A DNA stretch of 64,000 nt from NCBI GenBank assembly GCA_001914235.1, contig MQUF01000006.1, positions 203,234 to 267,233 of the forward strand, given 5' to 3'. The position numbers and the translations under genes are program-made. Source of the DNA: Desulfobulbaceae bacterium DB1 (GTDB taxonomy: Bacteria > Desulfobacterota > Desulfobulbia > Desulfobulbales > SURF-16). The notes below the pieces were generated by a model. The model saw nothing but the letters and a program-made list of their open reading frames with translations, searched no databases and was not told the origin of the DNA. Positions 39,567-50,298 of this stretch are shown piece by piece. Position 1 is the stretch's first letter. Each line of letters begins with the position of its first letter.

Positions 39567-40859
39567 ATGTTACCGCAATTATTTTCCAGGCAGAAAGGAA
39601 AACCACTTTCCATTATTGTGGCGGAGTCATTGGTTTACCTGGGGTTGACTCTTCTTGTTTACGCCATCCCGACGAACCATACCAATACCTTTGAAGGTGC
39701 GGGCGTAATTTTTGTCTTGATTGGTTGTTTTGTTTTAAAATATATAAAAAATGACTGGAAGTTTCGACTGAATCCTCTTCACCCTCCCATTTTTTTGCTA
39801 TTTACAGTTATTCTTTTTTCCATTTTTTCATGTTTTGATCTTTCATATACTTTAAATGAAATAAGAGGTGAGTTCCTAACCTATATTTTTCTTTTTTATG
39901 CCTTGGCAGGTTTTTGTGCTGAGAGGGAAAGGCTTTATCTGGTTTTGGCAATCTTTTTTCTAGGGAACCTGCTGGCGTTGTTTCTTTTTTTCTATCAGTT
40001 TTACGACAATGATTTTATCCAGTTGAAGTTTGTTCGCTCTCTTGCCACTAAAAAACTTTTCAGCAAAGGGTTAACAGAAGTCAGCAGCTATTTTTTGATA
40101 TTTTCCAGCCTTTATTATGCGTCATTGTATTTTGTTTCCGGGAAAAAATATGTTCTGCTTACCTCTATTCTCCTGATATGTAATATTTATATGTTATATT
40201 TATCCTACCAGCGGGCCGGGATAGTTGCGATGGCTGTAGTTCTTTTGGTGCCTTTAATGTTTTATCGGCAGTTCTCGCCTAAACGGATATTTTATATAAT
40301 GTTACCCGTTATGATAGCCTTGGTGTTTTTTGTTATGGTAACTCCGATAAAATCAAAATTTATGGGTAGAAATTGGGAGCCGATTCTTTCGAAACATTTG
40401 GATAAATTTGATCAGAAAGATGCAATTCAGGTACGGTTTCTGCTCTATGAGCATTTCTGGCAGTCCTTCAAGCAGCATCCTTTTGTCGGTTATGGATATG
40501 GCCGATCCAATCTGAAGAAAGTGGACAAGGAAACAGTGAACTCGCGCCCTAATTCTCTAACCCATGGCCACAACACATTTTTCAATTTTACTCTTCAGAC
40601 CGGAGTGCAGGGGCTTGTTGCTTTACTGTTTCTGCTGTTTGTGCAATTCAGTGTTTTTTTTAAAGGAATGAGACTATCTACCTCTCAGTTTGAACGATTT
40701 GTATTTGCCGGCACTCTTTGTCTTATGTGCGGTTTTTGGGCAAGAATGTTGTTTGATGATGTCTATGATTCAGGGATAGCGCTGGCCTACTGGATGGTGA
40801 TGGCAATGGCAGTTGGATTGTATTTAGATGTGAGAAAACAAAAAACATTTTCTGATTAA
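39567..40859 (+). CDS. waaL: O-antigen ligase family protein (Wzy_C domain)
   Basis: Polytopic membrane protein. Reads SYQRAGIVAMAVV and ...HGHNTFFNFTLQTGVQGL (ligase loop motif). Confidence 0.75.
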   Translation: MLPQLFSRQKGKPLSIIVAESLVYLGLTLLVYAIPTNHTNTFEGAGVIFVLIGCFVLKYIKNDWKFRLNPLHPPIFLLFTVILFSIFSCFDLSYTLNEIRGEFLTYIFLFYALAGFCAERERLYLVLAIFFLGNLLALFLFFYQFYDNDFIQLKFVRSLATKKLFSKGLTEVSSYFLIFSSLYYASLYFVSGKKYVLLTSILLICNIYMLYLSYQRAGIVAMAVVLLVPLMFYRQFSPKRIFYIMLPVMIALVFFVMVTPIKSKFMGRNWEPILSKHLDKFDQKDAIQVRFLLYEHFWQSFKQHPFVGYGYGRSNLKKVDKETVNSRPNSLTHGHNTFFNFTLQTGVQGLVALLFLLFVQFSVFFKGMRLSTSQFERFVFAGTLCLMCGFWARMLFDDVYDSGIALAYWMVMAMAVGLYLDVRKQKTFSD

Positions 40860-40947
40860 ACTTCGTCATCTATTTTTTAACTGCTTCCAGCAAAAAAAGA
40901 TTCTGTCGATGGGAGATTTGCCGGCAGAAGTATGAGCGATTCGTAAC

Positions 40948-42075
40948 ATGACAGTAATTTCCCGTTTTTTCTACAATTTAGCAAAAAAAATTCAAAAAAA
41001 ATATAATCGACCTCTGCCTGCATTTAAAAAACAGAATTCCATAAATTATAATAAAATATTAATACTTTGCACAACGGCAATAGGGGATACTCTCCTTTCC
41101 ACTCCGGTATTTTGCGCATTGCGGCAGGAATTTCCTGACGCAATCATCAAGGTGTTGGTTCAAAAAAAGTTTATCCCTCTTTTTTCTGATAACCCCCATG
41201 TTGACGGATTTATTCCCTTTCAAAAGGGTATAATTAATTTTTTTAAAATTGTTCATTCAATTAAGCAAGATCAATTTCAGCTAGTCCTTGCGCTCCAAGT
41301 CTCTGATCCGTTTCCTGTCTATATGACAGTGCTTGCGAAAATTCCTCTTTTGGTTGGATATTCGCCTGATCAATTAACCAGTCGTTTTTTTAGTCATGTA
41401 GTAGACCCTCCTGTCGGAAAGCATGTAATATTTCATCGTCTGGCTGTTCTTGAAGCAATCCGTCCCCATCATCCGGTTTGGTCAACCCGGCTTATTTTGC
41501 CCCTGTCGACTCATGATCAGCGGAATAAGTTGCAAGTGTATATGAAATCGGGATTTCCTGATCCGGACAAAATGACTCTTGTCGGTTTCCAACCTGGTGC
41601 CAGTAAGCAATTTAAGATGTGGCCGGTTGAGAATTTTATCATGCTTGGCCAAGAACTTATCCAGCGAAATCACAAAGTTTCAATTGTTATTTTGGGTTCC
41701 CCTAATGAAAAGAAACTGGCTGACAAAATTACAAAGGGCATCAATCGCAATGACCGGGTAACATCTCTTTGCGGCCTCATCCCAATTGGGGATCTGTCTC
41801 TAATTGTATCTTTTCTGAAAACTCTTGTGACTAATGATACGGGGACCATGCATATCGCAATTGCGTTAAAAATACCAACAGTATCTCTTTTTGTTCCTAC
41901 CAGTCACGTTGGGATAGGGCCAATTCAAGATAATGAAATTCACCACGTTATAAGCCGGCCTCGACCATGTGGTAATGATTGTGTCACGAAGAAATGCTCC
42001 GTTAACCCTTCCTGCATGTCTCTTCTTCCTGTTGATGAAGTGCTCGATGCAGTCCTGCAGAGTATTGATACATGA
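40948..42075 (+). CDS. Glycosyltransferase family 9 (heptosyltransferase-type)
   Basis: ILILCTTAIGDTLLSTPVFCALRQEFPDAIIKVLV, GFQPGASKQFKMWP and NDTGTMHIAIALKIPTVSLF. Confidence 0.85.
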   Translation: MTVISRFFYNLAKKIQKKYNRPLPAFKKQNSINYNKILILCTTAIGDTLLSTPVFCALRQEFPDAIIKVLVQKKFIPLFSDNPHVDGFIPFQKGIINFFKIVHSIKQDQFQLVLALQVSDPFPVYMTVLAKIPLLVGYSPDQLTSRFFSHVVDPPVGKHVIFHRLAVLEAIRPHHPVWSTRLILPLSTHDQRNKLQVYMKSGFPDPDKMTLVGFQPGASKQFKMWPVENFIMLGQELIQRNHKVSIVILGSPNEKKLADKITKGINRNDRVTSLCGLIPIGDLSLIVSFLKTLVTNDTGTMHIAIALKIPTVSLFVPTSHVGIGPIQDNEIHHVISRPRPCGNDCVTKKCSVNPSCMSLLPVDEVLDAVLQSIDT

Positions 42076-43181
42076 AAGTAGCGCTTTATAATTTAACGAC
42101 CACGGTGCTTACTGGAGGGATTGAAACTTTCAACTGGGAAGTTGGTCGGGAATTGGATCGTCGGGGACATGAAGTTCATATTTATGGAGGGAATTCAACA
42201 TTACCTGCTAAGTATCCTCTCGCCGTCTTTACCTATCCATATCGATCACGTGACCAGTTCCCTGGTTTTGGGATGCGCTTTCAAAAAATGGCTGAAAGAT
42301 GGTCAATGGCCAGAAATTGTTCAGAAGATTTACGTAAACGTAAATATGATGTCATAATCATTCACAAACCATATGACATTCCATGGATATTGCGGGTCGC
42401 GAAACAATCAAAGAGTAAGGTTGTTTTCTGCAGCGGTGGAACAGAGTTTTTCCCTGGATATGGCTGGTTGGTAAAAAGGCTTGATTTTTTTACGGCCTGC
42501 AGCAGTTTTAATGCCGGGCAGATAGAAGATTACTGCGGGATACGGCCGAAGGTTCTTTATAATGGAGTTGACACAGAAACCTTCCGTCCTTTGACCGTTA
42601 ATAGGTCACTAAAAGCGGAGCTTCTTCCTTCCGCTGATGCACGGGTGATTTTCAGTGCCGCCCGGTTGAAGAGATTTAAAGGGTTTCATCATGTTATTGA
42701 AGCTGTTGCTAAGCTAAAAACTGAGTTCCCTGATTTTTTTTACCTGATTGCCGGCGAGGGAAACTATCGTACTGAGTTGGATGAATGCGTGCGTCGATTT
42801 CAACTTGCTGACAGGGTGAAATTTCTCGGCAATGTCCCGCATCACTTATTACCGCAGTATTATTCCTTTGCTAACGTTGCCGTATTTCCAAGTCTGCATT
42901 TGGAGACTTTTGGGATTTCAATCGCTGAGGCAATGAGTTGCGGGGTTCCTGTTATCGGTTCGGATTCTGGAGGAATACCTGAGGTGATCGGCGATGCCGG
43001 GATTTTATGCGCTCCTGGCAACAGTGACCAACTTGCCGATGGAATACGAGTAATCTTAAGCGATCAAAAAATACAACAAACAATTGGCCAGCAGGGCAGG
43101 GAACGGATATTGAATAGGCTCACATGGCAACACACTGTTGATAAACTAGAGAGTTATCTGCAAATGATACATCCGATGTGA
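42072..43181 (+). CDS. Glycosyltransferase family 4 (GT-B)
   Basis: GGIETFNWEVGREL, RLKRFKG and FPSLHLETFGISIAEAMSCGVPVIGSDSGGIPEVI. Confidence 0.85.
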   Translation: MKVALYNLTTTVLTGGIETFNWEVGRELDRRGHEVHIYGGNSTLPAKYPLAVFTYPYRSRDQFPGFGMRFQKMAERWSMARNCSEDLRKRKYDVIIIHKPYDIPWILRVAKQSKSKVVFCSGGTEFFPGYGWLVKRLDFFTACSSFNAGQIEDYCGIRPKVLYNGVDTETFRPLTVNRSLKAELLPSADARVIFSAARLKRFKGFHHVIEAVAKLKTEFPDFFYLIAGEGNYRTELDECVRRFQLADRVKFLGNVPHHLLPQYYSFANVAVFPSLHLETFGISIAEAMSCGVPVIGSDSGGIPEVIGDAGILCAPGNSDQLADGIRVILSDQKIQQTIGQQGRERILNRLTWQHTVDKLESYLQMIHPM

Positions 43182-43216
43182 AATCATTAAATGGTATTTT
43201 TCTGGTATGAGAGGAA

Positions 43217-44596
43217 ATGTGTATGGCGAATATTTTGTATCTTGTCCACAAAATGAAATTTGATTTTTTATTCGGAAACTATCTCAGAAAATTTCATAAT
43301 GTTACATTTATGACGTCCGATCCCATGATCGGACTTTTTCTGGATAGCCAGTATGAAGATAGTGTTCATTTATACAAGGTCAATCCTGTTCAGGGTGAGA
43401 ACAAATCATCATTGCGAATAGAAAGTGCATTGGCGAGAACACATTTTTATACTCTTGCGAAAGACCGGAAGATAAAACAGGCTTTTCATCATCTTTGTGC
43501 GACATATTTAGAATTTCTGGACGATTATCTCATAAAAAACAATGTGGATTTGATCATCACGCAGGCCAAGAATTTCCTCGATTCTGCCTGTATTACCGCT
43601 GTCGCCAATGATAACAATCTGCCGGTATGCTACTTGGGCGGTGGTTTTTTCAGAGGTGAGTCATGTGGGGTATTATGGGAACCTTTACGCGTTTTTGAAC
43701 CAGCCATATGGCAAAAACGATGGGACAATGCGACCAAAAGAACAATTGTGCCGAGCATTGAAGTTCCGGATATGCAGTATGACCCTGTGGAGATAAAAAA
43801 ACCGAGCCGTTTGGCTTCTCTGTTGCAGAAGACGAGATATCAGCGCAATCCCTTCTGGGTATCACAGCACCCAGACCTTCGACCCACCCGCTCTTTGTTA
43901 AACGATTTGCGCCACCAGTCTCTCAAGTCAAGCGGTAAGCATTTGCCCGACCAAACATCACTCACTTTACCAGAGGAGTTCGTCTTGGTGCCATTGCAGG
44001 GTAATGAAATCTGTGGGGAAGTGCCGAATCCTCTTGGTATTACCAATATGGAGTGTTTGGCTACTCTGGTTGAAGACGCTTTGCAGAAATTAAACAGCGG
44101 GAAGAAAAACAAAATAAGAATGGTTGTCAAGGAACATCCTGCGCGTCCCGGAATTATCAGTGACAAATATAAACAACAGCATCCTGATGTTCTTTTTTTG
44201 TATAAATATCCGATGGCTAAATTACTTGAAAAAACCAAGCTGGTTGTTACTTTTAATTCTTTGGCGGGTTTTGAAGCTTTGCAGCACTATAAACCGGTGA
44301 TCACCTTTGGCCCTCTGTTTTATACCTTGCCGAAACTTGTATATAGATGCGAAGATATCAATTTGTTTCCTTCTTTGATAAATAAAGCAATTTCAGATGG
44401 TTGCGACCGGAATTCAGTTGATGATTTTGTGGCATTTTTGAAAAACCATTTCGAGATTCCCTGTCCCGGATTCAATAGAAAAAATCCGACAAAGGAAATG
44501 TTTCAGAAAATACATGGCAAGATTGAGGGAATTCTTGATTTTTGCCGTTCCCATCCATGTTCACCTAGAGACTGTATTCCTGGAGAAGATTATTAG
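43217..44596 (+). CDS. Capsule-polysaccharide-biosynthesis (KpsS/KpsC/LpsZ-like, Capsule_synth) protein
   Basis: FVLVPLQGNE and VVKEHPARPG...KLVVTFNSLAGFEAL resemble the Capsule_synth family. Confidence 0.55.
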   Translation: MCMANILYLVHKMKFDFLFGNYLRKFHNVTFMTSDPMIGLFLDSQYEDSVHLYKVNPVQGENKSSLRIESALARTHFYTLAKDRKIKQAFHHLCATYLEFLDDYLIKNNVDLIITQAKNFLDSACITAVANDNNLPVCYLGGGFFRGESCGVLWEPLRVFEPAIWQKRWDNATKRTIVPSIEVPDMQYDPVEIKKPSRLASLLQKTRYQRNPFWVSQHPDLRPTRSLLNDLRHQSLKSSGKHLPDQTSLTLPEEFVLVPLQGNEICGEVPNPLGITNMECLATLVEDALQKLNSGKKNKIRMVVKEHPARPGIISDKYKQQHPDVLFLYKYPMAKLLEKTKLVVTFNSLAGFEALQHYKPVITFGPLFYTLPKLVYRCEDINLFPSLINKAISDGCDRNSVDDFVAFLKNHFEIPCPGFNRKNPTKEMFQKIHGKIEGILDFCRSHPCSPRDCIPGEDY

Positions 44597-44598
44597 CA

Positions 44599-45726
44599 AT
44601 GAGGTTAGCCTACTGCTATCCGGAGGCATTGCCCTCTAAAACTGCTCGGTCAATTCAGGTTGTTAACACCTGTTTTGCTCTTGCGGGAGAACTCGAGGAA
44701 CTGATTCTTTATGTGCCTCAAGGCGTATATGCCGGGGGGGAGATTTTTAGTTATTATGGCTTGGAAAAACCCTCTAATTTAAAAATATCTTTTATCCGAA
44801 AATCATTAGGTCCTATCACAAGTCATAAATTCTATAATTATTTTTTGGGTGTTTCTTTAAAAAAAGATCAGCCGGATATTCTCTTTTCCAGGCATCTTCA
44901 GACTGCTGACTTTCTTCTTAATCATTCTGCCCCACTTATTTATGAATCCCATGAGATTTTTTCCGAAAAGAAAAATGCTTCCACTCGTGATAACCTGCTC
45001 GAAAAAAAGGTGATGGCGAATGCCTCTGGCGTTGTTTTTATTTCTCAGGGGTTGCGGCGTGTTATGGCGGAACACTATATAATAACGGAGAATCAGGAAA
45101 TTATTCCAAGTAGTGCAAAAAGAATAGAGTTATTCGCCGAAAAACAGATAAAACCGGAAAACGTCAACACATTTGTCTATGTAGGGACGACCCGTTACGG
45201 ATGGAAGGGTGTGGATGTCCTTATTGATGCTGTGGAGCTTTTACCTGAGAAATATGTTTTGGAGATTGTCGGCGAGCTGGATGAAAAATTTTCTAGGCAG
45301 AAAAAGGTTGTTCAGCTTATCGAGCAGGGACGGCTGATAAGCCGGGGATATCTCCAGGCCTCTGAAGTTTTTTCTTTTATGAGAAAAACGAAGGTTGCCG
45401 TCATTCCAAATTCTGCTAGGGATCGCATAAGCGCCCTTTTTACCAGTCCTTTAAAACTCATTGAGGCGATTTCTGCAGGTGTTGCGGTGGTTGTTTCGGA
45501 TCTGCCAAGTATGAGAGAAATTGTTTCAGAAAATGAGGCGGTTTTTGTCCAGCCGGACAATCCCTTTTCTCTTGCCGCCGGTGTGCGTAAACTTTTTGAA
45601 GACGATTCATTGAGAAATAAACTTGCTGAAAATGGATGGAAACGATCTCGTGAGTATTCTTGGCAGAGTCGCGCCCAAAAAATTGCCGATTTGGCTCAAA
45701 AGATACTTGGAAAATTTCCGTCATAA
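44599..45726 (+). CDS. Glycosyltransferase family 4
   Basis: The C-terminal half reads VGTTRYGWKGVDVLIDAV...IPNSARDRISALFTSPLKLIEAISAGVAVVVSDLPSMREIV. Confidence 0.8.
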   Translation: MRLAYCYPEALPSKTARSIQVVNTCFALAGELEELILYVPQGVYAGGEIFSYYGLEKPSNLKISFIRKSLGPITSHKFYNYFLGVSLKKDQPDILFSRHLQTADFLLNHSAPLIYESHEIFSEKKNASTRDNLLEKKVMANASGVVFISQGLRRVMAEHYIITENQEIIPSSAKRIELFAEKQIKPENVNTFVYVGTTRYGWKGVDVLIDAVELLPEKYVLEIVGELDEKFSRQKKVVQLIEQGRLISRGYLQASEVFSFMRKTKVAVIPNSARDRISALFTSPLKLIEAISAGVAVVVSDLPSMREIVSENEAVFVQPDNPFSLAAGVRKLFEDDSLRNKLAENGWKRSREYSWQSRAQKIADLAQKILGKFPS

Positions 45727-45729
45727 AAA

Positions 45730-46539
45730 ATGATTGATGAAAAAGAGCAGATAGTCTGCAAAAATATGAGCGGCTACATCAATTCCGAAATTGATGAAAA
45801 ACTCCGAGACATCATAACCCTTAACCCACAGGTACTTTTTGAAAAGAGTGTACAAGATTTTAAACGTGAAAAACGGTCCAGAGTATCATTAATTAGTTTT
45901 TCGGGCAAGCCTTACATTGTAAAACATTATTTTGTAAAAAATTTTCTTTTTCGCATCAGACGCTTCATACTGCCTTCACTTGCTCTTAATATTAGAGACA
46001 GAGTGAAAATTATGGAACAGCACCACATATCAACCCCTGTATTGTTGGCCGCCGTCGACATAGGGAAAAGGTTTTCATATAAAGGGACAACGTGTCTTTA
46101 CGAGTATGTCAAACCCGACAAGGATAAGGACCAGCTTAGGGAAGATTTTCAAGAGCCTGAAAAACGGGATATTATTATTTCCGCCGTGGCATCTCTCCTT
46201 GGCCGAATGCACCATTCCGGCATTTATCACGGTGATGCCAAGATAAGTAATTTTCTCTGGATTGAACGTTCAGGGGAGGCCGACATTCATGTTATAGACC
46301 TTGATGATTGCCGATTTATGGGAAAAGTCACCGCAAACAAGAGATTGGCTGATCTTGCAAATTTGGTTTTTTCATTTGCCTGGTGGAACAGTACTCCAGA
46401 TCTGCCTGCAGATTGTTTCGGGGTGTATCTACAACATGATGCTTCCTGGTGTTCTGATGAAAAAGCTTTCCTGGATGAATTGAAGAAAAAGGTTGCACGA
46501 AAATTGGAGCATCGCCGAAGCAGGCAAAAGAAAAAGTAA
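45730..46539 (+). CDS. Lipopolysaccharide kinase (InaA/Kdo kinase family), second copy in the cluster
   Basis: YIVKHYF, GRMHHSGIYHGDAKISNFLW and VIDLDDC. Confidence 0.75.
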   Translation: MIDEKEQIVCKNMSGYINSEIDEKLRDIITLNPQVLFEKSVQDFKREKRSRVSLISFSGKPYIVKHYFVKNFLFRIRRFILPSLALNIRDRVKIMEQHHISTPVLLAAVDIGKRFSYKGTTCLYEYVKPDKDKDQLREDFQEPEKRDIIISAVASLLGRMHHSGIYHGDAKISNFLWIERSGEADIHVIDLDDCRFMGKVTANKRLADLANLVFSFAWWNSTPDLPADCFGVYLQHDASWCSDEKAFLDELKKKVARKLEHRRSRQKKK

Positions 46540-46555
46540 TTGTTGATCAATTACA

Positions 46556-48230
46556 CCTGAATCCGTGAGGTATCCCGGATTCTCCCTAAAAATTGTGGGG
46601 CGCGAAAAAATTTCAACACCGCGACCGCCAGAAATTTATATATTGCCAGCATATTGCTGGTAAATTGGGACATCGTCCCCGTTGTTCTTTGAAAAATTGC
46701 TATATTTGCCTGTTTTTAGGCGTATTTTCCCGGCAGGGCCTGCTGTTCAGCCACTTTCCGGCAAATTTCTCTTCTGTTCTTGCATTAGCCAAAGGCAAGC
46801 CGGTTATAAACGGCCTGAAACGAGTCAAATGCGCAACAGTGGCGGCTGAACCGCAGCTTCAGTTTCCTGCCGGTCTCAATCAGTCTGGCTGCACGGTACA
46901 TGAGTTCCTGAATAACGGTACGAATTCTCCTGCGCTTTGCCGAGTGGCGCACTGGTGAGCGATCACCGAGAAGGCCAAGCTGGCCGATAAACCGCAAGAT
47001 GTTATAAGCCAAGCCGGCCAAGGACATGATCAAGGAATTGGTCGCAAATTTTCCCGAAGGCAACCGCTCAAGATCCATGTCGGTTTTAAATTCGCTGTGA
47101 AACTGCTCGCTTGTGCCGTGGTCCCGGTAGAGCTTGATGATCTCTTTTTCCGGCAGGTAAAGGGATGTCCACCAGCCCTCAAGTTCTATATCCGGCACCA
47201 GCAGCAACTGGCCGCGTTTGTCAATGGTACGTTCAATCACGCGGACGATCAGGCGGGTACTGAACTCCTTGCCCTCGTGCTCCTGAAGCTGGTTGAAACT
47301 GAATACGGCAACCCGTTTGCCGCGTCGTGGTTCGCTCACTTCTCCTTCTTGCAGCCCACGGGCCAGCCAGGCGGGAAGGTCCTGCTTGCGGGGATTCCAT
47401 TTCAGGATGTAATCGACCTTTTTGTGGCCATAAAGCGTTGCTCGGGTCTCGACAGCATCGTGTCCGGAGTCAAGCCTGAATAACAGTGACTTTTTGGTTA
47501 AAGACTTGGCACGGGAGATGGTTTCCTGCAGAAAAGGAATAAAATTGTTTTGGCTGTGCTGGCTGCCCTCCCGGAACTCAAGATTAATACACCAGCCTTC
47601 CTCTCCCATGTAGGCGGCTATTGGCGCATAGCCGTCATAACCGTGATAGGTATGCTTGGAACCTTCTTTTTTGGTGCCGGAGTTGTCCATGCAAAAGACG
47701 TCCATATCGACGGCGACATGACCCATGGCCAAGGGGGTTACTTTTCCTTTGGCATTGCGGATGAACTCCGTGTAGGTGGAGGAAGCAATTGGCTGAAAAA
47801 CTGTTGCGGTTTCGTCAAGGCGCTGGCGCAAGGTTTCGGGCGAAGGAACCGCTTTGATGCCAAGTGATTGCTGGAAATACCTGTCGTCTTTCATGTCGGC
47901 AATGGCTTCGAAATCGCTTTTGCCAAGCGAGAGGAGCCCGAGATAACTGCGAATGACATCTGTATTGGCAATGTCCTTGGTGTCGGGTATCGCCTTTTTC
48001 AGCTTGGCGTTCAAGCTGGTAAAGCGATTGATACCGAGCCCGATCAGGGCCAGGCCGGAATGAGAGGTATAAAATTCGTCCGATGAGCGTTCAAGAATAA
48101 ATCGTTTCATTTTTTCACCTGCAGAGTGATGTTTTTAGACAGGCGAATATTGCAATATTTTTTGTTAAATTTCAAAATGTTATTTGATTATACAGACGAT
48201 TTTTACTGCAAAAATTTCACGGATTCAGGA
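46556..48230 (-). mobile_element. IS1380-family insertion sequence (about 1.67 kb) with terminal inverted repeats
   Basis: IRs are CCTGAATCCGTGA (46556-46568) and TCACGGATTCAGG (48217-48229). A possible 4-bp target duplication TACA lies at 46552-55 and 48231-34. One transposase gene lies inside. Confidence 0.85.
46785..48110 (-). CDS. IS1380-family transposase
   Basis: 441 aa. Reads MKRFILERSSDEFYTSHSGLALIGL...HVAVDMDVFCMDNSGTKKEG...YHGYDGYAPIAAY...RLDSGHDA...LYRDHGTSEQFHSEFK, the DDE pattern of IS1380. Confidence 0.88.
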   Translation of the reverse strand: MKRFILERSSDEFYTSHSGLALIGLGINRFTSLNAKLKKAIPDTKDIANTDVIRSYLGLLSLGKSDFEAIADMKDDRYFQQSLGIKAVPSPETLRQRLDETATVFQPIASSTYTEFIRNAKGKVTPLAMGHVAVDMDVFCMDNSGTKKEGSKHTYHGYDGYAPIAAYMGEEGWCINLEFREGSQHSQNNFIPFLQETISRAKSLTKKSLLFRLDSGHDAVETRATLYGHKKVDYILKWNPRKQDLPAWLARGLQEGEVSEPRRGKRVAVFSFNQLQEHEGKEFSTRLIVRVIERTIDKRGQLLLVPDIELEGWWTSLYLPEKEIIKLYRDHGTSEQFHSEFKTDMDLERLPSGKFATNSLIMSLAGLAYNILRFIGQLGLLGDRSPVRHSAKRRRIRTVIQELMYRAARLIETGRKLKLRFSRHCCAFDSFQAVYNRLAFG

Positions 48231-48243
48231 TACAGTTTAATAT

Positions 48244-48993
48244 TTAGGAGTTTGCCATGATTTTTGTGACGAGTTCAATGTCTTCGGGACGGTCGACTCC
48301 ATGGCTTTTGTAAGTTGTTTTGACTACATGAATGGGGATGCCGTTTTCCAGTAGGCGTAACTGCTCAAGTTTCTCTTTTTTTTCAAGAACACCGTTTTGC
48401 AGGGAAACAAAAGTTTCAAGGGTCTGCATACGGAAGGCGTAAATGCCGATATGAGCATGGAAACCATCCTGTTTCCCGTCTCGGGGGTAGGGAATTGGCG
48501 CCCTGGAAAAATAGAGCGCTTTCGCTGAGTTGTCCAGCACGACCTTGACCACGTCGGCATTGTGGGCTTCGTCAAAGTCGATTTCACGGGCAAGGGTTGT
48601 CACCTGAACATCTGAAGAAAGAAAGGGTAAGATAAGCTCCTCAAGCATTGCTGGTTCCAAAGTGGGCTCATCCCCCTGAATATTTATGACCACAGCATCC
48701 GGGGCGACATCAAGAAGTCGCGCCGCTTCAAGCACCCTCTCAGTGCCGCAGGTATGGCTGGCACTTGTCATTAAAACAGGGACATCAAGATTTTGCGCTG
48801 CAACCATTATCCTCTGATCGTCAGTGGCAAGCATGACTTTGCTTAATCGAGTACATTGACGGGTCCTGTTATAAACATGCCAGAACATTGGCTTGCCGAG
48901 GATAAGGGCAAGAGGCTTTCCTTCAAAGCGGGAAGAGGCATACCGGGTTGGGATGATTCCATAACAATCAGGCAGTAAGTCCATAATATTCAA
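48244..48993 (-). CDS. kdsB: 3-deoxy-manno-octulosonate cytidylyltransferase (CMP-Kdo synthetase)
   Basis: GIIPTRYASSRFEGKPLALILGKPMFWHV, VINIQGDEP and EKLEQLRLLENG. Confidence 0.92.
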   Translation of the reverse strand: MNIMDLLPDCYGIIPTRYASSRFEGKPLALILGKPMFWHVYNRTRQCTRLSKVMLATDDQRIMVAAQNLDVPVLMTSASHTCGTERVLEAARLLDVAPDAVVINIQGDEPTLEPAMLEELILPFLSSDVQVTTLAREIDFDEAHNADVVKVVLDNSAKALYFSRAPIPYPRDGKQDGFHAHIGIYAFRMQTLETFVSLQNGVLEKKEKLEQLRLLENGIPIHVVKTTYKSHGVDRPEDIELVTKIMANS

Positions 48994-49171
48994 AATGTTT
49001 GAGAAGCGATGTGTTAAAGGTGTCAGGCTGAAAAGCCCGGTGGTTAAACGCTGATCTTAGCAGCCTGTTGAAAAACCCTGTTGTGGCCATTGATTGAGAT
49101 TGATTTAAGAGGTGGTCCGGTTTGCTTGGACACCATCTGGGCGTTTTTAAGTGGTGGAATGCTGCTCCTGT

Positions 49172-49999
49172 TCATGCTGCCTTTTCTTGTTGTAACGTTC
49201 CCCAGTATATTTCTTCTGGGAATTTTTTGCCAAGCCCTTGGTGACGCCGCTGTTTGTTATAAAATTCAAAGTAGTTGCGGAGTTCTTTTCTGGCTACCGC
49301 TATCGAGTCGTAGGCCTTGAGGTATACTTCCTCATATTTTACGCTACGCCATAAACGCTCGATGAAAATATTATCCCGCCAGCGGCCACGACCATCCATG
49401 CTGATCCGGATTCCATGGTCCTTGAGTTTGCTGGTAAATGCCTCAGAGGTAAACTGAGACCCCTGGTCAGAGTTGAAAATTTCAGGGCAACCATATCGTT
49501 CGATTGCCTCTTCCAGAGCAGCAAGACAAAACGATGTGTCCAACGTGTTGGACAGTCTCCAGGAAAGAACTTTCCGGCTGGCCCAGTCCATGACTGCTAC
49601 CAGGTACACATAGCCCTTGGATAAAGGAATATAGGTGATATCAGTCGACCATACCTGATTGGCCCGATCAATCGTCAGTCCGTTCAGCAAGTACGGATAT
49701 GTTTTATGGCCGGGATGCGGTTTGGAAAGTCTTGGCTTACGATAGAGTGCCTCAATTCCCATTTTCTTCATGAGGTTGCTGGTCCGGCCACGGCTGACAT
49801 GAAATCCGTTATCCAGCAGTTTGTCACTGATCCGGCGGCTTCCATAGAAAGGATACCGCAGGTGGATTTCGTCAATCAGCGACATGATGTTCAGCTCGTG
49901 CTCACTGCACGGTACTGGTTGGTAATACAGGCTTGATCGAGATAAATCAAGAATCTTGCACTGTCTGGTTACTGGCAAGGCGTGATTCGTAGAGATCAT
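49172..49999 (-). CDS. IS3-family transposase OrfB (integrase core, DDE)
   Basis: [27 protein letters not shown] and [28 protein letters not shown]. Confidence 0.9.
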   Translation of the reverse strand: MISTNHALPVTRQCKILDLSRSSLYYQPVPCSEHELNIMSLIDEIHLRYPFYGSRRISDKLLDNGFHVSRGRTSNLMKKMGIEALYRKPRLSKPHPGHKTYPYLLNGLTIDRANQVWSTDITYIPLSKGYVYLVAVMDWASRKVLSWRLSNTLDTSFCLAALEEAIERYGCPEIFNSDQGSQFTSEAFTSKLKDHGIRISMDGRGRWRDNIFIERLWRSVKYEEVYLKAYDSIAVARKELRNYFEFYNKQRRHQGLGKKFPEEIYWGTLQQEKAA

Positions 50000-50298
50000 C
50001 GTTTTGCGCTCGGAACGTTGATGCGCCCGAGCGCTTTGGATAAAAAATCGTTTTCCATGGTGAGCTGGCCGATTTTTGCATGTAACTCAACTTCACCTGG
50101 CCCTTGCTTCACGTTGCTGTTTTTTTCAAATATTTCGTCTGCATTTTCAAGAAGTTGCTTTTTCCAGTCAGTTATCTGGTTGGGATGAACATCAAACCGC
50201 TGAGCGAGCTCGGCCAGTGTCTGTTCTCCCCTGACCGCTTCAATGGCAACTTTTGCCTTGAATGCAGAGGAATGATTTCGTCGTGGTCTCTTTGTCAT
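49996..50298 (-). CDS. IS3-family transposase OrfA (HTH)
   Basis: [49 protein letters not shown]. Confidence 0.9.
   Translation of the reverse strand: MTKRPRRNHSSAFKAKVAIEAVRGEQTLAELAQRFDVHPNQITDWKKQLLENADEIFEKNSNVKQGPGEVELHAKIGQLTMENDFLSKALGRINVPSAKR
50006..50047 (-). promoter_or_regulatory. Programmed -1 ribosomal frameshift signal (slippery U UUU UUA plus an 8-bp stem-loop) producing OrfAB
   Basis: In orfA sense: GAT TTT TTA (slippery site at 50047-50041), a 6-nt spacer, then GCGCUCGG (50034-50027) pairing with CCGAGCGC (50013-50006). The -1 frame is open from the slip site into orfB. Confidence 0.7.
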
